From assembly GCA_016710325.1 (NCBI GenBank), contig JADJXK010000002.1:946622-1010621 (forward strand): a stretch of DNA of 64,000 nt. The letters are read 5' to 3'. The notes beneath the pieces were generated by a model, which was not told where the DNA came from, did no database searches, and was given only the letters and a program-made list of their open reading frames with translations. The translations under genes were made by a program, and so were the position numbers. Origin of the DNA: Candidatus Leptofilum proximum. Its GTDB lineage: Bacteria > Chloroflexota > Anaerolineae > Promineifilales > Promineifilaceae. Position 1 is the stretch's first letter, and each line of letters opens with the position of its first letter. Below are positions 37,694 through 47,176 of the stretch, one piece after another.

Positions 37694-37794
37694 TTTTTGC
37701 GGTTTCCTGCCGTATTCTATCCAGGTGAGGGGTAACGGCACAAGAAACGGCCGATTCAATTGGAGCGACCGGGCACTGACTTTATAATGCGGGC

Positions 37795-38682
37795 ATGGAA
37801 TTTATTTTTTGGCTGACGGCCGTTCTCCTGACCCTCATCATCCTCCTGATTTACGAAACCAGGCGGCGGCGGGCAACACTGCTGGCAACGGTGGACGTGG
37901 TGTCGCTGCCGGCGTTTGCTTCGCAGGCGCTGGGGAACAGCCGAGAGATTACCGTTTTTTTGCCGCCAGGGTATGCCCAGGTGGGTAATCGCCGCTATCC
38001 TACTCTCTACGTCAACGACGGGCAGGACCAGGAAGCGCTGCAACTGCGTGAAACGCTGGCCAAACTGTTCCAGCGGCAGCAGCTTCCGCCGATCATCGTG
38101 GTGGCTGTGCCTACCAATGATGAACGCCTGCACGAGTACGGCACGGCCGTTTGCCCCAACGCGCAAAATTTAGGCACGAAGGCGGGTGAGTACGGCCGTT
38201 TCCTCACCACCGAACTCATGCCCGCCATCAACCAGCAGTTCCACACCAGCCAAGACCCGACCGAAACCGGCATCTTTGGCGTCTCGCTGGGCGGGCTGTC
38301 TGCCTTTGACATTGCCTGGAACCATCCTGATCTGTTTGGCATCGTGGGCGTGATGTCTGGCTCCTTTTGGTGGCGTGCCGCGGCAGATGAGGTGGTGATG
38401 CCGCCCAACCAGCTCATCGCCCATGAGATGGTGCGGCAAACCACAGAAAAGCCTGCCCTCCGCCTCTGGTTTGAAGCTGCCACGCAAGACGAAGCCAGCG
38501 ACCGGGACAACAACGGCATCATCGACGCCATTCAAGATACGCTGGAGTTGGTTGAGGAACTGGAAAAAATTGGCTTTTCACGCGGCATGGACGTGGCGTA
38601 CGTGGAAGTCCCCGGTGGACGGCATAACTACGACACCTGGGCAGAGCTCTTTCCCCACTTTCTGCGCTGGGCGTTTGGTTAG
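37795..38682 (+). CDS. Esterase-family alpha/beta hydrolase (putative-esterase/enterochelin-esterase-like) with an N-terminal TM anchor
   Basis: LPPGY...RYPTLYVNDGQD, and GVSLGGLSA (GxSxG). Confidence 0.8.
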   Translation: MEFIFWLTAVLLTLIILLIYETRRRRATLLATVDVVSLPAFASQALGNSREITVFLPPGYAQVGNRRYPTLYVNDGQDQEALQLRETLAKLFQRQQLPPIIVVAVPTNDERLHEYGTAVCPNAQNLGTKAGEYGRFLTTELMPAINQQFHTSQDPTETGIFGVSLGGLSAFDIAWNHPDLFGIVGVMSGSFWWRAAADEVVMPPNQLIAHEMVRQTTEKPALRLWFEAATQDEASDRDNNGIIDAIQDTLELVEELEKIGFSRGMDVAYVEVPGGRHNYDTWAELFPHFLRWAFG

Positions 38683-38709
38683 TAGGGACAAGGCATGCCT
38701 TGTCCCTAC
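38682..38709. terminator. Perfect 28-nt palindrome shared by two convergent genes
   Basis: GTAGGGACAAGGCATGCCTTGTCCCTAC. It overlaps both stop codons (38680-82 and 38706-08). There is no T-run. Confidence 0.45.
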
Positions 38710-39458
38710 CATTGGCGGTAGTAAAGTTCGGTGGTGTAGAGGATGTGAATACGGCCGTCCACCGCATTCACCGCAACCAAGTCGCGCAGTTCGGCCAGCA
38801 TTGGCTCGTGACGCGGATCACCCGCCAGCGGCGCAAAAGATGAGGAAAGCAGCCCGCCCGTGACGCCCGCCAGATCGTAGGACCATTCGTGCGGGAAGAC
38901 ACGCATCTGCGTCTCCTCTCCCAAATAGGCCAGCACGTTGCCACGCAGCTCATCTTTCCGTTCCGGTTTGTTTGAGAGGTAGCGCTGGTACAGCTGGCCA
39001 TAGCCCCGCATGAAGGGCGAGGCATCAAAATCCATTGTGTTCCACAGCAGAACCACAAAGCCGCCAGGCCGCAAAATGCGCCGCAGCTCCGGCAGCGATG
39101 TTTGCCGGTCGAACCAGTGGGCGGCCTGCCCCGCCGTGACAAAATCGACCGAAGCGTCGGGCAAGGTGGTAGTTTCGGCCGTGCCGTTGATGCTGGCGAA
39201 GTGTGGAAATTCGGCCAGGAATGTTTCGCCCGCTTCGCGCATCTCCTTGTTTGGTTCCACACCAAACACCCGGTTGCCGTTCTGCAAAAACAGCCGGGCC
39301 AGAATGCCCGTGCCGGAACCGATGTCGGCGATGACGGCCGTTTCATCCAGCCCACACTCCACGCGCAGGCAATCTAAAAAGGCCGCTGGGTACGACGGTC
39401 GATACTTAACATAATTTTCCACACGGTTGGAAAAACGTTGGGTGGGTTTGAGGTCCAT
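38706..39458 (-). CDS. Class I SAM-dependent methyltransferase
   Basis: IADIGSGTGIL (motif I) and VDFVTAGQAAHWF. Start placed at MDLKPTQRF (ATG at 39458) rather than the ORF start at 39578. Confidence 0.85.
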   Translation of the reverse strand: MDLKPTQRFSNRVENYVKYRPSYPAAFLDCLRVECGLDETAVIADIGSGTGILARLFLQNGNRVFGVEPNKEMREAGETFLAEFPHFASINGTAETTTLPDASVDFVTAGQAAHWFDRQTSLPELRRILRPGGFVVLLWNTMDFDASPFMRGYGQLYQRYLSNKPERKDELRGNVLAYLGEETQMRVFPHEWSYDLAGVTGGLLSSSFAPLAGDPRHEPMLAELRDLVAVNAVDGRIHILYTTELYYRQW

Positions 39459-39592
39459 AGGGCTGTTTTTAATTAATCGCTCGCCTGCGATGGGTAACAT
39501 TTTACCGTGGATATAAAATCGATCCAACGATCCATTTGTCGCCGCGCATTTTCCGTTAAGATTAACCCAGCTCAACAACCAGGAGAAAAATC

Positions 39593-40162
39593 ATGATTGA
39601 ACAACTGCGCGAGGCGCATTTTCCGGGAAAATTAGATGATGAGGTGACGGTAACGGCCGTTTCCCGGCAAACCTTCTACGAAGTCACCAACCAGCTCTAC
39701 CAGCACATCTTCACCCCGCTTGGCGAACTGGGGCTGTACCAGGACCCCACGCCGCAAAACAGCCTGGCCAAAACGCTGGCCGGGCAAATCCACGCCGAAT
39801 ATTTTGTCTTTTACACCACGGCCAACGAACCCGTAGGCTTCTCGATGGGCAAGGTGGTGAACGGGCAAACGTTTTTCATGGAGTGGAGCGGCATCCTGCC
39901 TGCCTACCAGCGGCGCGGTCTTTACTCCCGCTTTTTAGACGTTTTGATTCCTTACCTGCAAGCGTTAGGCATTGATCGTGTGACGAGCAACCACATGGGC
40001 AACAATCGCCCGGTACTCATCGCCAAGCTGAAGGCGGGTTTCATCATTACCGGCATGACGCTGGATGAGCGACACGGTATGTTGGTCTGGCTGGCGCGCT
40101 TCCTCTCGCCGGAGCGGCAGCACGGCTTTGAAAGTGCCTTTAGCCTGCCAAACTTTGGATAG
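39593..40162 (+). CDS. GNAT-family N-acetyltransferase
   Basis: 189 aa. The QRRGLYSRFLD motif is the acetyl-CoA-binding Q/RxxGxG/A type. Confidence 0.7.
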   Translation: MIEQLREAHFPGKLDDEVTVTAVSRQTFYEVTNQLYQHIFTPLGELGLYQDPTPQNSLAKTLAGQIHAEYFVFYTTANEPVGFSMGKVVNGQTFFMEWSGILPAYQRRGLYSRFLDVLIPYLQALGIDRVTSNHMGNNRPVLIAKLKAGFIITGMTLDERHGMLVWLARFLSPERQHGFESAFSLPNFG

Positions 40163-40165
40163 GGC

Positions 40166-40783
40166 TCAAGCAAACCGCTCTGCGAGCTGGCGGAACACGA
40201 CCGGTGGCACAGGCTGGCTGACAGCGGCTTTCACCTGCCGGGCACATTCGGTGGGAGAGAGATGTGTCGTGTCTACCTCCACGTCGTACCGCCCATGGGC
40301 ATGCACCAGTGGGTAAAACGTCCGTGCCCCGCCCGGCGCCCGATCGCCCCGATCCCGTTCACGCTGCTCCGCCACGGCCAGGTCACAGCGCACGCCGACA
40401 AACCAGACGGGCAGGGTGTGCAGCGCCTTCACCGCCTCATGTAATACTTGCGGATGGTAAAAGACGTCTTCCACAATAATGTTGTTTCCCGCCGTCGCCC
40501 AGCCAGCCAACGAACCATACAGCCCGGCAAAAAAACGGAACCCTGCCGGACCAATCCGCACTTCGGCCAGGGCATCGTTCTGGAAAACCGCCAGCAGGCC
40601 ATCTGCAGCCGCCGGGTTCTGCCCGTCGCTGTAAACCAGGAAATCTTGCGGCCAGCTCTGCTGAAACATATCAACGCTCAGGTGAAAATAGCGCTGGTCC
40701 ATCATGCCCTGCAGCGCGCGAGCCAGGGTGGACTTGCCGCTGCTGGACGTGCCGTTGATCAGTATGATTTTACCCGCAGCCAC
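40166..40783 (-). CDS. Chloramphenicol-phosphotransferase-like (CPT family) P-loop kinase
   Basis: KIILINGTSSSGKSTLARALQ. Length of about 200 aa. GTG start. Confidence 0.75.
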   Translation of the reverse strand: MAAGKIILINGTSSSGKSTLARALQGMMDQRYFHLSVDMFQQSWPQDFLVYSDGQNPAAADGLLAVFQNDALAEVRIGPAGFRFFAGLYGSLAGWATAGNNIIVEDVFYHPQVLHEAVKALHTLPVWFVGVRCDLAVAEQRERDRGDRAPGGARTFYPLVHAHGRYDVEVDTTHLSPTECARQVKAAVSQPVPPVVFRQLAERFA

Positions 40784-40867
40784 ATTCCCGCTCCTTTACT
40801 GGCGATGCCTGCTTACATATCGGAAACTTTTTCATCAACAGCGGTTTCCGGCAGTGTTTAATGGTCT

Positions 40868-41704
40868 TTAGTTCGGATCGGAAGCGACAAATACGCCGGA
40901 ATGCTTGCTGATGTGGATGCCACCTTCTGCCTCGATTTTGGCCGCCCAGGCTTCGCGAATTTGGGCAACGGCCGTTTCCGGCACGCTCTCACCTGGCCTG
41001 ATCATGGAAAAGGCGTAGGCCAACAGCGGCTCCACCTCGGTAATCCACAGGCTGTCCTCATACAGATGCAGCTCGATGGTGTTGAAGAATGGCTCCAGGG
41101 CGGCACGGCCGTTTTCCAGGCGAAACGGCAGCATTTCCGACTCACCCCGCACCAGCGTGGAGCCAGAAACCGCCCGCAGCGCCTCGGGGATGAGTGTGGG
41201 CAGTTCCTGCATGTGTTTGTTGCCGTTGGTAGCGGCGATGAAACGGCCGTCCTTCTTCAACACCCGCCGCACTTCGGCCAGCGCCTGGGGCAAATCGGGC
41301 ACATGGTACAGCATGTGGTTGGCCACCACCACGTCAAACGTCTCGTCGGCAAATTCCAGCGCCTGGATATTGGCCTGGCGGAATTCAAACTGGTGGCCGC
41401 TGCCCGCCAACGCTGCCTCTGCCTCGGCCACCATGCCCGGCGAGAGGTCGGTGGGGGTGATGTGACAGTTGGCCGGAATACGCGCCACGTTTTCCCGCCA
41501 CAGCCAGCCGGGACCGCAGCCACATTCCAGCACGCGCATTCCCGGTTTCAGCTGGAGCAGATCAAATACCCAGGGCTGCCAGTCGGAAACGGCCGTACTA
41601 AACCGCCGGTGCAGCCCCGCCCGCGCATCCAGGTTGCTGCTGTCGCGATATTGGTTTTTCTGCAGGTACGCGGAATCTTGAAACAGTTTCGCTTCGCTCA
41701 TCAT
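40868..41704 (-). CDS. Class I SAM-dependent methyltransferase
   Basis: VLECGCGPGWL (motif I) and FDVVVANHMLYHV. GGAGGAA SD. Confidence 0.85.
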   Translation of the reverse strand: MMSEAKLFQDSAYLQKNQYRDSSNLDARAGLHRRFSTAVSDWQPWVFDLLQLKPGMRVLECGCGPGWLWRENVARIPANCHITPTDLSPGMVAEAEAALAGSGHQFEFRQANIQALEFADETFDVVVANHMLYHVPDLPQALAEVRRVLKKDGRFIAATNGNKHMQELPTLIPEALRAVSGSTLVRGESEMLPFRLENGRAALEPFFNTIELHLYEDSLWITEVEPLLAYAFSMIRPGESVPETAVAQIREAWAAKIEAEGGIHISKHSGVFVASDPN

Positions 41705-41726
41705 TTCCTCCTAAATTTTCTGTAAG

Positions 41727-41784
41727 AAGTGGCAAGTGGCAGGTGAAAACTTACTTGCCACCTGCCACTTGCCACCTGCCACTC
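41727..41784. repeat. Periodic hairpin repeat, GTGGCAN family (7-nt units)
   Basis: GAAGTGG CAAGTGG CAGGTGA, a loop, then CTTGCCA CCTGCCA CTTGCCA CCTGCCA. Confidence 0.85.
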
Positions 41785-42223
41785 ACTTCAAATACACTCC
41801 CAACTGTGCCAAAACCCCACGCCAGTTTTCTTCGTGGCTGTCGCGCGCAGCGGCGGAGATGAATTCGTCGTGAAACAGGGTGAGTTCCGTTTGGTTTGGG
41901 GCCAGCTGGCGCAGCGTCAGCTCGACGTAGGTGTCTTCGGCCTCGGTTTCGTCACCCCAACGCCAGGTGAAGGCCAGCCGCCCCGGCTCGTTGATTTCGT
42001 GGTAAAGGCCGCTGACGCGATACACCGTGCCGTTGGCGGACTGCATCTCGATGCGGTAATCGCCGCCGGTACGCAAATCGGTTTCGGCGTGGGGCGTTTG
42101 CATCTGGTTGTTGGGCCGGAACCAGGCCACCAGCGCCGTCGGCTCAATCCAGGCACGAAACACCCGCTCCACCGAAGCGGCATAGGTTTGGCTCACAGTC
42201 AAACTAAACTCGGATTCACTCAT
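41783..42223 (-). CDS. SRPBCC-domain protein (AHSA1/Aha1-like)
   Basis: 146 aa. ASVERVFRAWIEPTALVAWF opening and ...LTLFHDEF. Confidence 0.7.
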   Translation of the reverse strand: MSESEFSLTVSQTYAASVERVFRAWIEPTALVAWFRPNNQMQTPHAETDLRTGGDYRIEMQSANGTVYRVSGLYHEINEPGRLAFTWRWGDETEAEDTYVELTLRQLAPNQTELTLFHDEFISAAARDSHEENWRGVLAQLGVYLK

Positions 42224-42245
42224 TCACAACACTCCAAAGAGGCAT

Positions 42246-42339
42246 CCACAGATTTCACAGATGACACAGATTAGCACTTTGCTCCGAGACATCTCTCTGC
42301 TCTCCAAACTCTCTGCGTTCTCTGTGGCCCTCTGTGGCC
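42246..42339. repeat. Periodic inverted repeat (CACAGAT / CTCTGTG units)
   Basis: CCACAGAT TTCACAGA TGACACAGAT ... CTCTCTGC ... TTCTCTGTGG CCCTCTGTGG. Confidence 0.65.
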
Positions 42340-42340
42340 A

Positions 42341-45235
42341 TTACCGGAAACCACGACGGCCGCCGCCACCGCTGCGGCGTGAGCTGGAACTGCGTGAGCG
42401 GCTCGAACTGGAGCGGCTCGAACTTGAACGACTGGAGCTGCGCCCGAAGCTGCTGCGCCCGCCACCGGAACCGCCGCTGTACCCACCGCTGCCGCCCCCG
42501 GAAGACGGCCGTGGCGGCCGAATCGTGCGTGCTTTGCTCATGATGTCGTTCATCATACCGTCCAGCGATTGATTGCCGTCCCAATCCAGCTTCACGCTTT
42601 GCCCGGCGGCGTGCAGGACAATATCGGTGGGACTGCCTTCTTTGCTGGGACCAACGGCCGTATTCAACAATTCCGCCAAACCGGTGCTGGCCCGCTCCAG
42701 GCCACCTGCCAGGTTGTCGGAAATGGTTTCCAGGGGCGGACGGCCGTTACCCGCTGCGGGCGCTGGCTTGGGCAAGGTAGGTGTTGTCGCCGCGGGGTGG
42801 ACCGGTCGTGAGGGAAACGGCCGCCACGAGCCGCGCCGCAGCTGCCGCCGCCAGCGGTCACGCCAGGTGCGCCGGGTGGATGGCAGCGGTCGCGCCGTTG
42901 AGCCATCGTGCCACCAGCTGGGAATATGGCCGCCCAGCTGCTGAATGTGGGCCAGCAGCCGGTCATCGACGCCCAGGGCCACGGCGTAGGCAAAATAGTG
43001 GTCCAAAATCTCCTGCGCCTCGGCCAGGTCGCCGTACTGCTGGATCTCGGCCAGGTACGCTTTAAAACCCTGCCACTTTTTCACCTCGGCATCTGCCTGG
43101 TCGGTCAACGTAGGCCCTCCCCTGGCGCTGCGCTGGGCAATCACCAGCCACAAGAACATGGCCCCGACAAAAAACGCCGGAATAGGCACACCCCACTGAT
43201 CCTGCAAACCGCGACCAAAGACCAAAACCAGCAGGCCCAAGACGGCAAATGAGGCAATGACATTGATCAGCGGCTTGCTTTTGGACCAAACGCTGCCCGA
43301 ATCATAGAAGTAGCCCACCATCTCCTCGGCCATCGTTTTGGTGAGTTGGGGCAGGTGCGAGGGCAATGTTTCTAGCAGTTTGGGCAGCGGCACTGCCTCA
43401 CCCGGCGGTAAGATGTGCAGCAGCTGGTTAAACAGCTGCAATAAAAAGCGGGAAACAGTCACTTCCTGCCCCGCAGGCGTGATGAACGTGCCGTTGGCTG
43501 CCAGCGGTTCCTGGCGAACGGCCGTTACCAACAGCGAACCACCCATTTGCAGCTGCACCAACCCCAAATCGGCCAGGTGCAGCACGGAAGCCAGCACCCC
43601 GCGCGCCGTCATTTTGCCCTCCACCAGGTAATTCACCACGCCCGGCGGCAGGTTTGACGGCGGCTCGGTGCGATAGTTGCCCATCGCCTCGCGCAAACGG
43701 CGGCTGCCGCGCAAATACCAGTAGGTGATGGCCCCGAGAACGGCCGTTACCCCCGCCACCATCTGGCCCACCAGCCAGGCCAGGTCAATGCGCGCCTGGC
43801 GCACTTTAAACGCCTCGCCTTCAGCAACCTCGGCTTCGATTTTGCGCTGCCAGGCGGGCGTCCGGGCATCGGTGCCATCTGGCGGCAGGGTCAGTTCAAT
43901 TTGCCAGGGTGAATTAGGCGCAATCGGCGCAGTGTTGGTCACCAGCACCGCGCCATCCGCAGCGCGCGACACGTCACCGCCGCTGACCTGCACATCTTCC
44001 AGGCCCAGGCCGTTGGGCAGCAGCCAGCGCACCTGCACGTTTTCGATGGGCACGCCATAGTTGGCAACAGCCGTCCAGTTCAGCTGTTGGTCATCTGTTC
44101 GCGGTAACACAGCACCTGCCACCAGGTATTCCAGGGTAAACTGGCCGCTTTCTCCCGCCACCAGCGGCGGGATAAACCAGTTCAGCCGCACCTCGCCCGC
44201 CGCTTCTTCATAGATCGCCACCTCGTCATCGGCCGGGCTGTAGCTGGCCCACCAGCTGAACGACGGCTCGGTTTCCACCGTGTAGCAGTCCACGCAGTTG
44301 CTGCCCGGCTCCGCTTCGGTGAAGGGGAACTCCCCCTCAAAAACGTTGACAATCTGGATGTCGTCGGTAAAAAGCAGGCTGAAGCGGCGGTAGCCACTGT
44401 ACAACACACCCGCCTGCACGCTCACCTGCTGCGTTTCGAGTACGTACAGCGTGCCATCGGGCTGCACTTCAATTGTCATGTCGATCTGGTCGATGCTGTA
44501 TTCCAGCTGAGCGCTGTCTTCGGTGATTTGCCAGGGTTGGGGAACGGCCGTTACCAGTTCCGGCGGAAAGTCCAGCAGCACCTGAAAGGCGGTGCCGTCG
44601 GCCACTGCTTCGCTGGCTTCATACACTACCGTTGTGCTGCCACCACGGTCGGCAATTTCGACGGCATACGCTGGACCGAAGGCCTCGGCAAACAGCGCTT
44701 CGGCGGCAACGGCCGTTGGCAGCGTCACACTCACCCGGCTCTGCGGCACGACGAGGCCGCTGCGGTCCGCCGGGATGGCGCGCCATTCCAGGCGGTTGGC
44801 TTCCGGGTAAACCCACAGGCCGCCCTCGACGGTGTATGTCAGCACAAACACCAGCACGTCACCGGGGCTGGTGGCGGCAAATTCCCAATCGACAAACAGC
44901 GTTTCACCTTCACGGGAAAGTGCGTAACTTTCTGGCCCGGCACCCTGCCGGTACGCCGTCTGCTCCGCCAGCGACGGCCCGCCGGTTACGAGAACCTCTT
45001 CGATGCTGGTAGTGTAGGCCAGGGGAATTTCGGCAAAGCCGGTGGTGAATTCGCCATCGAAGCGGATTTGCTGGATTTCCTGGACGGTGAAACGGCCGTC
45101 TGCCAGCACGGTAATGTTGACATCAAACCGCTCATACGCCACATCCGCCTGGGCCAACGCCCGGTAGCCAGGCACGGTCATGGCGACCAGACCAAACAAG
45201 CCAATCAAAAAAAGAAGTTGCCGGATTTGTCTCAT
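42341..45235 (-). CDS. DUF2207-like membrane protein, enlarged (964 aa), with a Gly/Ser/Arg-rich C-terminal tail
   Basis: A signal peptide and a large extracytoplasmic region with a YERFDVNITVLADGRFTVQE...F.G.FT.GF..IP opening. Central TM segments. Tail SGGGSGGYSGGSGGG...SSRSSSSRS. Confidence 0.65.
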   Translation of the reverse strand: MRQIRQLLFLIGLFGLVAMTVPGYRALAQADVAYERFDVNITVLADGRFTVQEIQQIRFDGEFTTGFAEIPLAYTTSIEEVLVTGGPSLAEQTAYRQGAGPESYALSREGETLFVDWEFAATSPGDVLVFVLTYTVEGGLWVYPEANRLEWRAIPADRSGLVVPQSRVSVTLPTAVAAEALFAEAFGPAYAVEIADRGGSTTVVYEASEAVADGTAFQVLLDFPPELVTAVPQPWQITEDSAQLEYSIDQIDMTIEVQPDGTLYVLETQQVSVQAGVLYSGYRRFSLLFTDDIQIVNVFEGEFPFTEAEPGSNCVDCYTVETEPSFSWWASYSPADDEVAIYEEAAGEVRLNWFIPPLVAGESGQFTLEYLVAGAVLPRTDDQQLNWTAVANYGVPIENVQVRWLLPNGLGLEDVQVSGGDVSRAADGAVLVTNTAPIAPNSPWQIELTLPPDGTDARTPAWQRKIEAEVAEGEAFKVRQARIDLAWLVGQMVAGVTAVLGAITYWYLRGSRRLREAMGNYRTEPPSNLPPGVVNYLVEGKMTARGVLASVLHLADLGLVQLQMGGSLLVTAVRQEPLAANGTFITPAGQEVTVSRFLLQLFNQLLHILPPGEAVPLPKLLETLPSHLPQLTKTMAEEMVGYFYDSGSVWSKSKPLINVIASFAVLGLLVLVFGRGLQDQWGVPIPAFFVGAMFLWLVIAQRSARGGPTLTDQADAEVKKWQGFKAYLAEIQQYGDLAEAQEILDHYFAYAVALGVDDRLLAHIQQLGGHIPSWWHDGSTARPLPSTRRTWRDRWRRQLRRGSWRPFPSRPVHPAATTPTLPKPAPAAGNGRPPLETISDNLAGGLERASTGLAELLNTAVGPSKEGSPTDIVLHAAGQSVKLDWDGNQSLDGMMNDIMSKARTIRPPRPSSGGGSGGYSGGSGGGRSSFGRSSSRSSSSRSSSSRSRSSSSRRSGGGGRRGFR

Positions 45236-45438
45236 ACCTGTTCCTTGTTGCTGATGGAGATGGTTTTAGCATACCATACGCGCGATCGCAAAACGATCTG
45301 ATTTGGTGAACGTGGGTTAGAGATGGGTAAGGCGTCAGGCAAAACGGCCGTTAACCCATTAAGGTAAAATAATCGAGACGATCACAAAGTGCGACGCACT
45401 TTTGAAGTGCGTTGCACTGATAAAAATGGAGAAACCTG

Positions 45439-47061
45439 ATGACGAAACAACGTCTTTTGATCCTGTTCTTGCTGCTGCTTGTGGCCAGCTTAGCCGCCTG
45501 CACCGGCGATACTTTCAGCGAACCGACCCCCATCCCCCCGCCACCCACCAGCGATGAGGGCGTAAATCAACCCGCCGCCACCAACACACCCATCGCCAAC
45601 GCCGACGCCACCGAACCGGCCGCCGAGCCAACACCCACGCTGGTGGCCACCGCGACCGCCACAGCTGAAGTGATGGCTACGGCCGTTACCGATCCACCCA
45701 TCCAGGCCATCAACAGCCAGCCGCTGCCTGCCAGCAGCCGCAACCTGCTCTTCCTGGCCGACGGCGCTTTCAAGCGCTGGAACCAGGCCAATGGACAAAT
45801 TGAAACCATTGTGCCGGGACCAGATCCTACCGGCCGCGTCCAGGACGAGACGCTGCCCCTGGATCAGTTCATCGGCGATGTAACCGCCTATTCAACAAAC
45901 GCCGACGGCAAGCGAGCCGTGGTGGCGCGCCTGCTCGCTGAGCAGCCCGTTGGCGAGCCGGAGGCCGGTCTGGCGGAAACCAGCCATGAACTGCTGTTTG
46001 TAGACATGGTCAGTGGCGAAATCTGGACCCTGATGCCCCAAGTAGACAACCTGGGCGACTTCCAGCTCTCGCCCGATGCCCAACAGCTGGCCTTTGCCGC
46101 CACTGGCCTGGACGGCATCCCCGACGCGCCGGGCAGTGGCGTTGACTTTGAGAACGGCGAGCCCATCCCGAACAATTTGTATGTGATGGCAACCGGCGGC
46201 GGCAATCCGGCCAGCGTTAACCAGGTGCATGACTGCGCCGGGCGCTGCTTTGCCCCTGTCTGGCACGTCGAGAACAACCTGGTGGCCTTTGCCGATGAGG
46301 CAGCGCTCTGGCTGTACAATATTGCCGCCCGCGAGCCGGAAATGCTGCTGGAAAACACACCCTACGAGGCGGGCATGGAAGACATCGGCCAGATTTCCAT
46401 CTACTCGCCAGTGGCCTGGGCCAGCAACGGCCGTTACCTGCTCGTTTGGGAAGGTCTGTGGGAGGGTGCTAACCGTGCCGTGTTTGATGTGCCCACCGAC
46501 ATCCTGGTTCCGGTGCCCGACTCGTTCGTTTATGCCGAACCGTTCCCCTCGGAAATTAGCTGGATGCCCGACGACCGGCTGCTGGTCTGGCGTTCGCACA
46601 CTCAGTCTGGTGATCTCACTCCCCAGGTGGAGCTGTGGCGTCTGAACCTCGATGCAGCCGAACTAGTTTTGGAAGAATCGGCGGAACTGTCTGATCTGCC
46701 GCTTGGCTTGCTCGGCGGGGTGCACCTGGAAGACGGCCGTTTTGCCTTCGCGCTTAACACTTCCCCCAGCGCCACAACCAACCAGGCGGCTCGCCAGGCT
46801 GCGGGCACCTACCTGCTCACTTCCCTGGCCGAGACGCCGGAGCGGGTAAACAGCCTGCCGCCAGCAGAGGAAGGACGCCTGCAGAGCGAGGTCTACTTTG
46901 CCAAAGACGGCAGTGGCGCCGTTATGGTGCTGGCGCCGCGCCAGTTTGAGACCGCCGTCTTTTACGCCCCCACCGATGGCGACTTTTTGTATGAGGTAAC
47001 GGCCGTTCTCGGCCAAAACCCGCACAACTTCGAGTGGCAGCCGGAGATTGTGCTGCCATAA
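45439..47061 (+). CDS. Hypothetical lipoprotein (beta-propeller-like?)
   Basis: Lipobox LAAC, a PT-rich linker, and a 540-aa ORF with an SD. No motif recognised. Confidence 0.7.
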   Translation: MTKQRLLILFLLLLVASLAACTGDTFSEPTPIPPPPTSDEGVNQPAATNTPIANADATEPAAEPTPTLVATATATAEVMATAVTDPPIQAINSQPLPASSRNLLFLADGAFKRWNQANGQIETIVPGPDPTGRVQDETLPLDQFIGDVTAYSTNADGKRAVVARLLAEQPVGEPEAGLAETSHELLFVDMVSGEIWTLMPQVDNLGDFQLSPDAQQLAFAATGLDGIPDAPGSGVDFENGEPIPNNLYVMATGGGNPASVNQVHDCAGRCFAPVWHVENNLVAFADEAALWLYNIAAREPEMLLENTPYEAGMEDIGQISIYSPVAWASNGRYLLVWEGLWEGANRAVFDVPTDILVPVPDSFVYAEPFPSEISWMPDDRLLVWRSHTQSGDLTPQVELWRLNLDAAELVLEESAELSDLPLGLLGGVHLEDGRFAFALNTSPSATTNQAARQAAGTYLLTSLAETPERVNSLPPAEEGRLQSEVYFAKDGSGAVMVLAPRQFETAVFYAPTDGDFLYEVTAVLGQNPHNFEWQPEIVLP

Positions 47062-47089
47062 ATCAAAAAATTCTTGCGGTAGGCGTCTA

Positions 47090-47149
47090 ATAAGTAAGTG
47101 AGTAATTAGGTAATTGGGTAATTACTCACTTACCCAATTACTCAATTAC
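47090..47149. repeat. Periodic hairpin repeat, GTAATTNN family (8-nt units)
   Basis: AAGTAAGT GAGTAATT AGGTAATT GGGTAATT / ACTCACTT ACCCAATT ACTCAATT AC. Same family as 1747..1808 and 4633..4670. Confidence 0.85.
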
Positions 47150-47176
47150 GCTCCAACTACCCGCAGGTATTTGCTG

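Noticed and set aside
42341-42480. Repetitive DNA (GAGCGGCTCGAAC-like units) at the 3' end of the DUF2207-like gene, considered as another member of the periodic hairpin families.
   Set aside because: The period is irregular (about 12-15 nt) and there is no inverted arm. It simply encodes the Ser/Arg/Gly low-complexity tail of the protein.
47114-47176. N-terminal extensions of ORFs into repeat DNA: 47114 for the Kelch gene, 56799 for the peroxidase fusion (PCHPLTPSPRHPLTPS), 51860 for the small CxxC protein, and 3379 for lpdA.
   Set aside because: The extensions are translations of repeat hairpins, tandem arrays or promoter regions. Internal ATGs with an SD and/or a signal peptide give canonical N-termini.
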